IMG/VR virus record: IMGVR_UViG_3300034061_005646
Location: 1,155 to 65,154 of that record
Length of the DNA: 64,000 bases
Source of the DNA: a virus
Lineage: Duplodnaviria > Caudoviricetes
Reading direction: 5' to 3' (one strand)
Shown: positions 11,201 to 20,666 of the stretch, in pieces
Numbering within the stretch: the stretch's first letter is position 1
How the letters are laid out: each line of letters starts with the position of its first letter
Notes under the pieces: model-generated
What the model saw: the letters and a program-made list of their open reading frames with translations, nothing else
Databases searched by the model: none
Told to the model about the DNA's origin: nothing
Program-made: the position numbers and the translations under genes

Positions 11201-14200
11201 AAGCTTTTCATCATATACAGGTAAGCCATTTTCGTTGCGTATTGGCTCTTGATAAACGCTTTGGTATTCTCTAGACTCTAAAAACTTAATAAAGCCATTA
11301 GATGCAATTGCAGATCTATTATCATACAAAGCTGTCAATACCTTATTCATGGCATAGCTGAAGTTTTGTTTTTCTTCTGGTTTCAGAATATTATCAATCT
11401 TCTTTTTAATTTCTTCTCCCATAGCTACACGGCTAAATGCATCTTGAAAACGAGAAACTGCTTTTTGGAATACTTGGCCGGAAGTAGACTTAATAATGTT
11501 TGATACAAACTTATGTATCATTCTGTTAATCTTAGGAGAGTGTGCAGTAATGGATGAACCGATTACAGACATAGCAGTAAAAAACCCTTCAGCTTTAGCA
11601 AACATGATAGGATCTTCTAATATGTGTCTATTTCCGCTTATAACTTCATTAGCATATACCTTGGCAATATATTTTAAGTATGCTGTTGCTCCGTCATAGT
11701 TTAACCCTTTATTAAGCAAAGACTCCATTAAAGGCCCTTTCTTTGTGCTAAGGGCTTGATTAATTTCGTTTAGTTTGGCTATTGCTTCATTATGGTTTGT
11801 GTCAAATTTAATTTGATCTTGTCCGGTAAGAGAAGAGCCCAAAAACCTTGTACCAAAGGACATTGGTGTTCTTAACCACCCTCTTGTATTTTCTGTGGCT
11901 ATTTCTTCGGCAGACTTGCCTTTTTGAATACCATGCAAAACATTATCAACTTCATCATCAGTGGCTAATACACCAATCTTTTCCATTTCAGAAATGAATG
12001 TTCTGCTTTCCTCAATGCTTACAGGAATATCATCAAACTTTTTAGTGTTTAATGACAAAGGATCTATTGCTTTTTGCATATCAAGCAAAACACCAAGAGT
12101 TTTAACAGCTTCTATTTGGGCGATAGTGTAATCATTGTTTGCTCCAACCATTCCCAAATCTGAAGTATAGTCAATATCTTGAACGTGTTTAAGACCATAT
12201 TCTGAATCAATTGCTGAAAGGTTGACAGTATTATTGTCAAGCATTTCTTCATAAGGTGTTCCTGCTATTCTTGAACGAAGGTCAGCTTTAATGTTGTCAA
12301 ATAGCTGATAAGATTGTTGTTCGTATTCATCGGCAATAAGCGAGTTTCTTTCAGCCATTTCGTAGTACTTCTTAATAATTGGCTGATTAATAAAGTTAAC
12401 TGCTACAGACATACCTGTTTCGATACTGTTGTTGGTTAACCCTTTCATCATACCTATACGTGTACCAAGCAAAATAAACGCACTCATATTCATGTCGTTT
12501 ACTCCTGGCTTATTTAAATATCCTTTCTTAACAGCATCCACAAATATCTGAAGAACCTGAGAAGTTGAGTTTTGCAACCTCTTTTGGTTTTCTTTATACA
12601 TTGCGGATATAAAAGTTTCGGCAATTAAGTCTTGCTGTTTTTTGTATTCGTAAGGAAACTGATCATCTTGCTTTTTCTTATCGTTTTGATATTTATCGTT
12701 CAATATCTGACGAGCTCTTTCTTCAGCTATTTGATTCATTTCCTCAATGTTTACAGCATTGCTTTTTAAACCAAATTGCTGTTTCATTTCGTTGGTGACA
12801 AATGGAATACCTTCAAAGGTTGCCATATCAAAATTAATGTTATTAATGCTAAAGTTTACCTGTGTGGCACCTTTTGGTCTAAATTGAACCCTTGCCTTGC
12901 TTGCCATAGATACAGCAAGATTAATAACCCTAATTGATGCAGCAGCCTTTCCAATACCATTTTTACTGTTTTGGATTTCAGCATTACGTTGTATCATGCC
13001 AGAGTTTGACATGGTTGTTTTGGCTTTGCCTGTATATCCCTCTCTCTCAATAACCCTCAAAAAGTCGTTTACATCATTTACCTGCTCTTGCATTTCATTT
13101 CCAAACTTGCCTTCAAACAATTCCATATTTGCTTCGTTCTCAACTGCATCTTGATATGTTTTAAAAACTGCAAGTGCTGTGCTTAGCTTAATTTCTTTGT
13201 TTTTACCTCTGGTATCATTATAGTCATTAACCATATTGATTAACTGATCCGTAGTGGTATTTTCATCAATTGAAAAACCTCTGTCTGTTAAATACCTTAG
13301 TAATTTTTTTGGCTCTTTATGGATTGGGTATATAAAGATACGGTCTCCGTCATTATCCGAATTAGATAGTGAATAAAACTCCAATGGTGGAATAACCATT
13401 GAACCGTTACCGTTTAACGCTTCAGAAAATACAAGTTTTGCTCTTATTTGTGTAGCAGCATTATTGTAAGGAACCTTGATCCCTGTAACATAGATATCTC
13501 CATTTTCATCAGCAAATTCAGCAAAAACATCTTTAAACCTTTCAGGAACTACCATTTCTGATATTCCATTTTCGGTATTGTTAGGATCTATTCTGTACTT
13601 TGGAGTATTATTGGTTTGTCCGTCTATTGTAAGCAATGGAGAAGTAACGGCCATATACATAGACTTCATCTTTGATTTCATAGCTTGCTTAAACTTAGCA
13701 GCCTGTATCTGATAAAGAAGGCCTTCATCATACTCAAAGTTGTATCCAGACTTTATCTTTTGGATAATATTCTCATACATTGATCGCACAGCCTCAGACT
13801 CATTTTTGCTTTGCTTGCGTAAGAAGTCTATAATCTTGTCAGCTTGTAGCTTTTTAGCTAATGGGCTTGCTATTTTTCGGTATTCATTTACCATTTCGGT
13901 AAAGTTTTTAGACTCAAGCGTTGCATTTGCTACTGATGCATTAATCTTGTTAGATACAGCATTTTGTAACTTTTTTAAAGCAGCTACGCTTTTTGGATTT
14001 GAAGAGTCTACATACAATGGAGATTGCTTATTCTTTTGGTCTGGATCTGAAGAAAACCTATTGCTTTGGCTTTCATTGGTTGGAAGCTGAATATAGATAT
14101 CTCCGTAATTTGCTGTATGAACATTTACTTCAGTTGGCAAATCAGCATTACTATCCCATTCTATTGCTGTTCTTTTTTCGGCACCAATTTTTTCCGTAGA

Positions 14201-17200
14201 ATCGTCAAGCAAAGCATCAAGCTTATTTGCTTGCATAAAATCGTACATCTTTTGAAGTATTGGATTAGACGCTGCTAATTCTTTAGTAAGCACTATTTGC
14301 ATCCCTTTGTGTGCAGTAGGAATACCATTTGCGTTTACTGTCGACATAGCATACTTATACTGACCTTCAAAACCCATTTGACCACCGACTGAAGTAGGTA
14401 TAACTTCATTTGCAAGCTCAGATAAGAACATTACCCCATCACCTACCTTAACTTCACCAAATGGTGTAGATATGCTTTCTTTACCACCAAACATATTCTT
14501 ATCCATAATAACATAGTTAAATGGAGCGTCTGCTGCTACTTGTGTACCTGGTGCATTAAACATTTTAGTCCTAACAAATGAATTTTCTTCATCCATGGCC
14601 ATAAAATGCTCTTGGTCTCCACGTAAGTATTGCATATGGTAATAGCGATTAAATTCACTATTAACCACAAACTCTTGCATTAGCGTAGGAATAGAATGGT
14701 TTGTAGCAAGCGCTTGACTTGGAGTATTGGCATTTTTTTTGTACCTGTCTATATCCAACAATGTTCCTATTGTGTTTTCGTTTATAAAATCCAATAAGCC
14801 TTTTGTAACTCCCGGAAGGTCAGCAATGGCTTTTACATCGTTTCCAAAAGATTGGCTATCTCCGGTTTTATAGTAATTCATATATGCTGCCATAACCATG
14901 TTTTTAGCAAGGTCTGCTTCAATAGGATTTTGAGCATTTGCAGGATTATAAAACCTTGAAAGTTGAGCATTTAAGTACTGCTCATACATTTTTTGTGCTT
15001 CTTGGTTAAGTCTGTTTTGGTCAAAGACAACTGTTCTTTTACCTGTTGCATCAGTTTTAATACTGAACATACTTGGTATGTGCTTTGTCATTTGAGCAAC
15101 ACTTAATGGATTACCATTTCTATCTGTTGCATTATCCACAGCAGTTTGAACTTCTGCTTTAAATAAATCAAGTGCGTTATGAGCGCTTGGTTTACCTGTC
15201 ATTATATCCATTCCGGCAAAAGCAACATCATTTGAGAACTGATATTCAATTCCTGACTTACCCATAACAGCATATAACCTTGCACCTGATACTGTATATA
15301 CCCTTGGTGAATCATTTATTTGCTCAATAAAATTAAAGGCATTTGTTCCATAATTTACTGAATTAAGATAATCTCCCATTAAAGTAAGAATAACCATTTC
15401 AGAAGTCAGCTTATCGCTTTCTACTGCATAATTCTTTCCTTTCTTAATGTTAAACTCTGAAATAGCAGATATGCTGTATTTTTTAGCAATGCTGGCTATG
15501 GCAACAAGTGGGTTATTGGCAAGTCGCTTCATTCTTGCTGTTGGACGGCCATTGCTTGTTTTACCACCAAAATGACGAACATCTTGATTATTAAGAACTA
15601 CGTTGTTTTCTTGAGATAGTGCTGAAAGAAACTTATCTTGATTTACTCGTTGTGCTGCTTTTTCAGCAACCCTGACAATGTTTAAGTTTCGGTTTGGCTT
15701 TTCAATAGCTGTTAGGTTTTTACCTAAACGAGAACTCCAATAACGGCTTTCTGATATAACCCCAAATATCTTTTTGTTTTTAGATATGTGTTCGGCAGCA
15801 AAGAAAGAGTAGATAGGATCCATTGAAGCATCACTCTTATTTTCTGTAAGGTTATAATACCTTGTAGCAATTTGTTTCAACGGTTTGATGTTTGGGCTAT
15901 TGTATTGCTCAACAACCTTTATAGCATCATCAATAGACTGTTCCAAAATACCACTACCGGCAACAATAAATCTTAAGCTTTGCAATCCTGCAATAATTTC
16001 TTTCTTATCCCCGGACTTTCTTCCGGCTTTTAATGCTGTTCTTGCATCCTGAAACATAAAGTTAAGACCATAGAGTCCTTTCTTAATCATTTCATTTACT
16101 TGCCGTTTAACATCATTTTTAACATCAGTTTCAATCTTACTTCTATTAGCGACATAAACAGATACCTTTCCACTTTTATCAAATGCAACAGCTCTTTTTT
16201 GAACTACGTTTTGAGCCATTGTAGTACTTAATGATCTCATAGTGTTTGCTGCCAAAAAAGGATTAACAACCCCATTAACTACGGAAGATTCATTTATTTT
16301 ATTAGATAGCTTATAAAGTACTTCGCCAATAGATTCCAATAACATTCTTGTGTTACTGTCTGTTATCGGATTAGTTTTGTTCGAAAGCCTTGCATTAATG
16401 TAATTAACAACTTCAAGGACATTTCTTGGTTGTCCGTTAATTTTGGTAGAAAACAAAGAAGCTATACCTGAAAATATGTATGTTACGTTTGGCGTTTGAG
16501 ACAACCCGGCTTTTTTCATCTTTTGCAGATAAACATAATGTGCAAGTTTACCTACTGCTTCAGCAGCTCTTGTATTTAAGTCTGGACCACCTTTATTAAT
16601 TAAATCAGAAAGGATTTGATCTCCATCAGATATAATCTCAGCAGCATCGGTAATCGCTTCGTCTATGTCTTGTATGGCTTCAATAGCTGAATAGTTTTCA
16701 ATGCCATAGCTTTTTCCAACTTCTTCAATAGCGGTTTTAACAGTGCTTGCAAAAGATTTGCCGTTAATAGCGTGATCTCTTGCAATTTGTTGTGAAGTTT
16801 GAAACAATCCATAAGAACCTTCAGTAGAAGATGCGCCTAATTCAATAAACGAAAGTATGTTGTTTAGTGCTTTGTAAAAAGGCTCCATTTCTCCTTGACC
16901 TTCAGTTGGAAACTCTCCGTTTCTTCTTCTTTCAAGGCTAATTTGCTTACCGTACAGAGAATTGATTTTTTCAATTGCTTTTTCAGCAAGCATTCTATGA
17001 AGCTTTTGAACATCTTTATCAGTAAGATTGCCACCATTTTTGTCATACATTTCCTTATACATCTTTGCATATTCGTTGTATGCACCCTGAATGGCGTTGA
17101 TAGCATTAAATTCTATCATTTCTTCGGTAGTGACTATACCTAATCCACCTTCTACTTGCGGATCAAACTCTTCATCAAATATTGGAGCTTCGTTACCTTC

Positions 17201-20200
17201 TTCCTCATTATACACAGATTCCGCTATTTGAAGCTCAGATAGCGAATTTTCAGAAGGAATTGGATTTGGTTCTGGTTCTGGTTCTTCCTCAAATACATCA
17301 TCTTCAACTGCTATGGCTCTTGGTTGAGCAGTTGGTTGCTTTCCGGCATTTCTTTCGTATTCTCTTAACACCTTTTGAGTGACAGCATTGATTTCTCGTA
17401 CTGTCATGTCAGTATTTTTAGATTCACTTAAAAGATAGCTTGCGATATCAGCTTTTGTAGGGTTTGTATTTCCCTGGGCATCAAAATATTCTTTTGTTTT
17501 CTTTTTTATTTCACTGTCGTTTGGACGTGGTTTTTTACTTGTCTTAGCAACCTTTTCTTTTGACTTAGGAAAAGCTGGGCGCTTGTCTGTATCTTTTACA
17601 TCGGCAACTGTTTTTGGTTGCGCTTTGCCTTGCTTAATAACTTTAGTGTCATTCTTGGCAATACCATTAGTGGCTGATTTAAGGAATTCTTTTACAACCT
17701 TTCTTTCAGAGCTTGTAACATCAAACACACCTTCAGACTCCATTCGGTCCATAATCTCCAAATCGGTTAATCCTTCAGCTTTGTATGACTGAGCAAGTTT
17801 AGCAACATCATCATTTGCCTTAATATTCTCAACACCTTTAATTGGTGCACCTGAATTTTGGGATTTAAGCCTTTTCATTACTTTTTGTGCAGGCTCAATT
17901 TCAACTTCTTCGTTAGCTGCTATTTCTGTATCAGCATCAATTCTTCTTGCAGGTGCTGAAGCATTAGCATTTGTTGTTTTTGAAGTAGTGCTTTTTCCTT
18001 CAGACGGTTTTGCTGTAGCCTGTTCTGCCGCTTTAGCTTTTTGATCTTGTTGATACTTTAGCTCATTTAAACCTATAAGTTGATTATTTACAGTTTGAAG
18101 CTGTTGGTTAGTATATAGCTTTTCATTTTTAAGAACCTGAAGTTCAGACTTTTTTTGTTCTTCAGTTAAAGATGTATCTGCTGATACCGTAGCTATTTGA
18201 GCGTCAAGCTGTGCAGATTTTTCAGACAAGGCTGTTTTTTCAGCATTTACTCTAGTTATAGTTGATGGTATAAGACCATCTTTAACCGATTCCTCTGTTG
18301 GAGTGTTTGCAGTTACTTCAAGCTCTTGTAAAGCAGAAGCGACCTCTTGTGTGAGGCCAATTTTTTTTTGCTCTTTTTGTATTGTCTGAAGCTCTGATAC
18401 CTGTCTTTTAGCAGCATTTTGAACAACCTTATTTTTCTGTTCTTCTTGAGCATTTGTAAATTGAGTATTTACAGATTCTTTTACTGCTGCTTGTGCTATG
18501 TCTGCTTTTTGTTTTTCAAGGGCTGATATTTGATTTTGTACAGCACCAATAATAACCGGGTTGTTTTCTGCTTTTGCTTGTTCTAAAAGAACTTGTTGGT
18601 TTTTAATTTGATCTTGCACTTGAGCATATTGCATAATCTGCTCTTTACTTGCATTAAGCCCAGATGTTTTTAACATTCTGTTTAATTCGTTATATTGATA
18701 AAGCTTATCAATATATGGCTTAACCTGTTCTTCTGTTTTTATTCCGCTTTGCACAAGCTGTCTAAATCCTGCTTCTGCTGAATTTAAATCGCTTGCAAGA
18801 TCATACATATAAGAATCTACTGCTTGCCCTCTTGAACCCAAAGACATTGCAGTAGTTGATAATAATGTAGAAGCCAACATTACACCAAGGTCTCTAATTG
18901 TTGGCAAAACATCTTTGTAAACTTCTTGTCCGGCTGCAAGGTTTGTCATGTATTTGTTGGCTGTTTCTCCAATCATTGCTCCCGTTTCTTCAATTGCTTC
19001 GGCACCAAAACTTGACATTAATATTTTACCGCTTTCGGTAAGCTGTCTCATTTTTCCACCTTTAAGAGCATCAAACCATTTTTTGCCATTAGCTGTATAT
19101 ATCCAACCTTCGTCAAAAATACCTTCACTCATTACGTTAACAAATGCGTCTGCTGTTGCTTTTTTACCTGCAATAGATACAGCTTCTTCAACATTAATTC
19201 CTTTTGTCGTTAAGTTATCTAATTCATCTTCAAATGCTGATTGATATGTAGATGCATAGGTTAAATATGTTGATGGAGACATTACAGTGTTTACCAAATA
19301 GTTTAATGCAAAATTTCCAATTTTTGCTGCTCTTGTACCTGATTGCAAGCCTGAGTATAGTCTTGCTATATCTGCTACTGCTTTAACCCTTGAACCCGCT
19401 CCAATCGTTCCACCTAGCATAATTGGTGCAGACTGTACTGTAGTGCTCCAAACATCTAAGATAAAGTTTTCTGTTGGAGAGTATTTTTCTTGTCTTGCTT
19501 CGGTCCTTCTTTCAATGTTTGTTTTTTCTTCGCCAAGGTATTTATTTAACGGTGGCGCAATAAAAGTGGCCAAGTCTAATCCAAAACTCGTTAAAGCATC
19601 TTCTGCTTCTGTTTTAAAAACTCCACCCGTTGCATCTCTTAATGCTCTGTTTTGCGTTTGAATTTCTTTTTTAAGCCTTTCTTCAGCAACGCGAGGATCG
19701 TTGTTAATTGCTTCATAAATTTTATTGAATTCATTATGAGCAATTGATGCTTGTTCAAGCTTTTTTATTTCTTCAAGTTCTTTACCATAAGGCAAAAGCT
19801 TTTCATTTATTTGCTTTTCAAGCAACGGAAGCTGTTCATTATAATATTTTTCATAAACAGCTTTTTGTTCTGGGCTAATAGGCCCATTGATTAAAGATTC
19901 ATATCGCGCTTTTTCTTTTTCAAGTTCCTGTTTTTGGGTATATAAACTTAAAACTTCACCAAATTTCTTTTCTCCAATTTTGGCAACTGATTGCTGAAAT
20001 ACTTGTTTTTGATATTCAAGTTCTTTTATTCCAATTTCAGTGGCAAGTGCTTGAAACTCTAATCCGGTTTGCCCTGGTCTTCTTTCAAGCTGCTTTTTTC
20101 TTTGATCAATGACATTAAGTTTTTTTTGGTATTCTTCTCCTTCTGTACTTAAATTAACTCCATCATCAAGCGCATTCATTGGCTTTTTAACCATGTTTTT

Positions 20201-20656
20201 GCTTTGAGTGGTAGTTCTATATTCTTCAGCTTCTTGTTCAAGATCTGTAAGATTTTTATAGTTGAGGATTCTATTAGACAATTCCGGATATCTTGCTGCT
20301 CTTTTAGCCAAGGCATAGATTTGCTCACCAGACATAGCTTTTGTATCCCATGACCAAGCAAGTTTATGAATAAGCTCTTTTATTTTTTTTTCTTCTTCCT
20401 CTTGACTTGATGGATCTACAGGCTCAGGTATGCGAGAATTTTTGTTATTAATCAATGCTCCTTGTGGTGTTTGACCAACAGGATTACCCCATTTGCTATT
20501 TACAAGCTCAGGGAAAGAAGATGGCTGATTTAAAGCAGGCTTTTTCTGATTTGGATCACCACTTGATTCAACCGTTTCTAATGCATTTTGAAGAGCACTA
20601 GACTCTTCTTTTGTCTCATTTATAATACCGCCAATAGTTTTTTTTTCGTTTTCCAT
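5249..20656 (-). CDS. Giant virion RNA polymerase polyprotein (crAss-like two-barrel RNAP plus zincin domain)
   Basis: 5135 aa. Beta-like barrel motifs GDG...YK...HK...M...D...S.EKIG (about 14190-14445), beta-prime-like KVP and DNDGD (13343-13357), HEAVH zincin motif (9185-9199) with downstream DEMIAY. Follows the muzzle and ejection genes as in crAss-like phages. Confidence 0.85.
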   Translation of the reverse strand: MENEKKTIGGIINETKEESSALQNALETVESSGDPNQKKPALNQPSSFPELVNSKWGNPVGQTPQGALINNKNSRIPEPVDPSSQEEEEKKIKELIHKLAWSWDTKAMSGEQIYALAKRAARYPELSNRILNYKNLTDLEQEAEEYRTTTQSKNMVKKPMNALDDGVNLSTEGEEYQKKLNVIDQRKKQLERRPGQTGLEFQALATEIGIKELEYQKQVFQQSVAKIGEKKFGEVLSLYTQKQELEKEKARYESLINGPISPEQKAVYEKYYNEQLPLLEKQINEKLLPYGKELEEIKKLEQASIAHNEFNKIYEAINNDPRVAEERLKKEIQTQNRALRDATGGVFKTEAEDALTSFGLDLATFIAPPLNKYLGEEKTNIERRTEARQEKYSPTENFILDVWSTTVQSAPIMLGGTIGAGSRVKAVADIARLYSGLQSGTRAAKIGNFALNYLVNTVMSPSTYLTYASTYQSAFEDELDNLTTKGINVEEAVSIAGKKATADAFVNVMSEGIFDEGWIYTANGKKWFDALKGGKMRQLTESGKILMSSFGAEAIEETGAMIGETANKYMTNLAAGQEVYKDVLPTIRDLGVMLASTLLSTTAMSLGSRGQAVDSYMYDLASDLNSAEAGFRQLVQSGIKTEEQVKPYIDKLYQYNELNRMLKTSGLNASKEQIMQYAQVQDQIKNQQVLLEQAKAENNPVIIGAVQNQISALEKQKADIAQAAVKESVNTQFTNAQEEQKNKVVQNAAKRQVSELQTIQKEQKKIGLTQEVASALQELEVTANTPTEESVKDGLIPSTITRVNAEKTALSEKSAQLDAQIATVSADTSLTEEQKKSELQVLKNEKLYTNQQLQTVNNQLIGLNELKYQQDQKAKAAEQATAKPSEGKSTTSKTTNANASAPARRIDADTEIAANEEVEIEPAQKVMKRLKSQNSGAPIKGVENIKANDDVAKLAQSYKAEGLTDLEIMDRMESEGVFDVTSSERKVVKEFLKSATNGIAKNDTKVIKQGKAQPKTVADVKDTDKRPAFPKSKEKVAKTSKKPRPNDSEIKKKTKEYFDAQGNTNPTKADIASYLLSESKNTDMTVREINAVTQKVLREYERNAGKQPTAQPRAIAVEDDVFEEEPEPEPNPIPSENSLSELQIAESVYNEEEGNEAPIFDEEFDPQVEGGLGIVTTEEMIEFNAINAIQGAYNEYAKMYKEMYDKNGGNLTDKDVQKLHRMLAEKAIEKINSLYGKQISLERRRNGEFPTEGQGEMEPFYKALNNILSFIELGASSTEGSYGLFQTSQQIARDHAINGKSFASTVKTAIEEVGKSYGIENYSAIEAIQDIDEAITDAAEIISDGDQILSDLINKGGPDLNTRAAEAVGKLAHYVYLQKMKKAGLSQTPNVTYIFSGIASLFSTKINGQPRNVLEVVNYINARLSNKTNPITDSNTRMLLESIGEVLYKLSNKINESSVVNGVVNPFLAANTMRSLSTTMAQNVVQKRAVAFDKSGKVSVYVANRSKIETDVKNDVKRQVNEMIKKGLYGLNFMFQDARTALKAGRKSGDKKEIIAGLQSLRFIVAGSGILEQSIDDAIKVVEQYNSPNIKPLKQIATRYYNLTENKSDASMDPIYSFFAAEHISKNKKIFGVISESRYWSSRLGKNLTAIEKPNRNLNIVRVAEKAAQRVNQDKFLSALSQENNVVLNNQDVRHFGGKTSNGRPTARMKRLANNPLVAIASIAKKYSISAISEFNIKKGKNYAVESDKLTSEMVILTLMGDYLNSVNYGTNAFNFIEQINDSPRVYTVSGARLYAVMGKSGIEYQFSNDVAFAGMDIMTGKPSAHNALDLFKAEVQTAVDNATDRNGNPLSVAQMTKHIPSMFSIKTDATGKRTVVFDQNRLNQEAQKMYEQYLNAQLSRFYNPANAQNPIEADLAKNMVMAAYMNYYKTGDSQSFGNDVKAIADLPGVTKGLLDFINENTIGTLLDIDRYKKNANTPSQALATNHSIPTLMQEFVVNSEFNRYYHMQYLRGDQEHFMAMDEENSFVRTKMFNAPGTQVAADAPFNYVIMDKNMFGGKESISTPFGEVKVGDGVMFLSELANEVIPTSVGGQMGFEGQYKYAMSTVNANGIPTAHKGMQIVLTKELAASNPILQKMYDFMQANKLDALLDDSTEKIGAEKRTAIEWDSNADLPTEVNVHTANYGDIYIQLPTNESQSNRFSSDPDQKNKQSPLYVDSSNPKSVAALKKLQNAVSNKINASVANATLESKNFTEMVNEYRKIASPLAKKLQADKIIDFLRKQSKNESEAVRSMYENIIQKIKSGYNFEYDEGLLYQIQAAKFKQAMKSKMKSMYMAVTSPLLTIDGQTNNTPKYRIDPNNTENGISEMVVPERFKDVFAEFADENGDIYVTGIKVPYNNAATQIRAKLVFSEALNGNGSMVIPPLEFYSLSNSDNDGDRIFIYPIHKEPKKLLRYLTDRGFSIDENTTTDQLINMVNDYNDTRGKNKEIKLSTALAVFKTYQDAVENEANMELFEGKFGNEMQEQVNDVNDFLRVIEREGYTGKAKTTMSNSGMIQRNAEIQNSKNGIGKAAASIRVINLAVSMASKARVQFRPKGATQVNFSINNINFDMATFEGIPFVTNEMKQQFGLKSNAVNIEEMNQIAEERARQILNDKYQNDKKKQDDQFPYEYKKQQDLIAETFISAMYKENQKRLQNSTSQVLQIFVDAVKKGYLNKPGVNDMNMSAFILLGTRIGMMKGLTNNSIETGMSVAVNFINQPIIKKYYEMAERNSLIADEYEQQSYQLFDNIKADLRSRIAGTPYEEMLDNNTVNLSAIDSEYGLKHVQDIDYTSDLGMVGANNDYTIAQIEAVKTLGVLLDMQKAIDPLSLNTKKFDDIPVSIEESRTFISEMEKIGVLATDDEVDNVLHGIQKGKSAEEIATENTRGWLRTPMSFGTRFLGSSLTGQDQIKFDTNHNEAIAKLNEINQALSTKKGPLMESLLNKGLNYDGATAYLKYIAKVYANEVISGNRHILEDPIMFAKAEGFFTAMSVIGSSITAHSPKINRMIHKFVSNIIKSTSGQVFQKAVSRFQDAFSRVAMGEEIKKKIDNILKPEEKQNFSYAMNKVLTALYDNRSAIASNGFIKFLESREYQSVYQEPIRNENGLPVYDEKLYKQDSGIFKEVDGQKIELPENATFADFEIALRNNPIEAAKIMMAIVISQNEYQFDVYADPSSGTLFNSVTGQEYIIQDEAIVENQANDLDVLSNTQPNNFIDQAIKTFAETALATNEPFGEATAEQWFVAMSSYLSTFNPNKPSPRHQKPTNQSILLSQGGMTDFTSDQLAEIAEGINNLFAALGNPILDSDGNEVGTVMDKVITALENEALPTSFADERIISDPYMWIQYFNEQMSYKQSRNLLGIIRQDAGIYQVDVVKDLNKAWNNSHEDNFFEYANDALLKEPTMAYQITGSQITNMETGNAKDIKWASAHEYVHHRNENNGEITLYKRIQSGYINTNGKKGTAKSPNYLFVPIATYSENGDVTVLKGNNDMPLSSFQDIVSIPANSQFDNMSVADFKRAVFESIHAITGNSLETMNLLSDVLKNIEIKGVKSINNKDFITLAIKELQKASIGSPSVQTKTGNTITARNVNKLIEALKTIQEISAMNQPGQQMFVDTNKYSQITSKPSQQEKTKERARRFTMRNVAGTNQNNRTSWSETKLSALDIVNNISKYVTGSSISLRGKSINENLKSRGIEANTLSQVIKAYQEQLNANPFVADIAKKFTDVIGEVKTNVLTQKEFEDAEANAFGTQNPNPNTKAFFYNGEIYINGDSKSLDAPMVVIHEAVHAWITDAIYEAEQAQPGDAYYDLKETVLDLANVLGKVVSALPANASGVQAKVKNIWEDPQLAGNNFARVDEMIAYMMSDTTGEMQEYFARINPDLTGTQLQNYVGSDKSLFGRIRNFIFKVFKMRSAATTAQPIQDANLYEIITNILSYNEDLFTVESLIPPTLQSGKYTTVGQYTFDNANAIIDNMEADGMNAETYENAANRIPGQTRKDIQDFVKGIIPEANKLLNRGIKEMLSGNSVTNLSNILASYTAGHGSISNHAADALDRGGFAKQVTDYLRIKNEQYDAYLSNRPTYSIGLELAVDGNIVSVGPNGELNINTASFNIGENESGAALPAFDSLSFNERKQLYAAGIQAVLLEQQGEKIGTVRLFQNDLAISGSMSTKEYSMETLRPMIKEMIVQNHIENGFSKAVFSRVQEEFAISGEGVYSSFFLKKLGKNLPDLTEQDRQQLRDDLLDKDLQNDALEATVTGYINAYNNIRNFVQSGKIMDLTKADTVELLGHVQRLRMLPNDAQNGFTNNMRVVAEALTEAITLQTEQNTIRNQIVNAKQGKINSIISSITTSLNQISPDYKIDFIQDEIMNTMEQNDREMLKWKLKYSKLVDQVAKEKFGRAYRGRKIIGRFPLFNSFSNSLLNNLLEPGSGSVLVQKLKSLDAGISELQNGTMTQAEFDVLQHMNEFYAKYGRYIYNNTGIFHGGGMGEGSQLLGEPDGQASYYIPYYPSGVLNRYKTGKGTLNKFMTWWYEAYHNTNIQDDRKIESYTLPSGRVLKNVTAREIMREAAADEKIGESPLSEKNISDIYTMTHKIGGEFWTRRKGESTRAGTESLALPGMIRTSQDLREPDLFKTFMNYADEVKKAKTFTESRGLYYAGEMLLLNEKNPGLAKFLINDMKTRILNKKFEQSNETLLTKAIDFSVTAARLSMLGFSWIGGAVDLTATTITSMSAYNGMGKESNKPWVKLLGTYAGPVNMVPALLKSVYYFQELRDVALAFGMFNHRDLSTGDISIVGTTKAAMMMPYWISGNMPRLMMLADQLSIGDLEQIRQYKKDNVYTGGVKGMLEILSGDKTPTDILGMPEGEVLKVKRAIDYVEHNLGKFRNSTERMYLSNSYLNAAMQFKSWAPDYFWSRFGAEYNMNGVTLGGKYRMVAKHLAGVKTINPEQKHQAISNATWGGIITGLAMWAMIDIGDDDEKDFWSKQFKGVKIGNKSGKELFKSTMQQVMVLAEDNLVYNLSKTLPALSWMASLVELASNSISYTLQSFGTDGWKRSKKSKYGPKKSSKIPENALRALPASRMTLQYLEKNKPKSSSGVYGGY

Positions 20657-20666
20657 TTTATAATGA

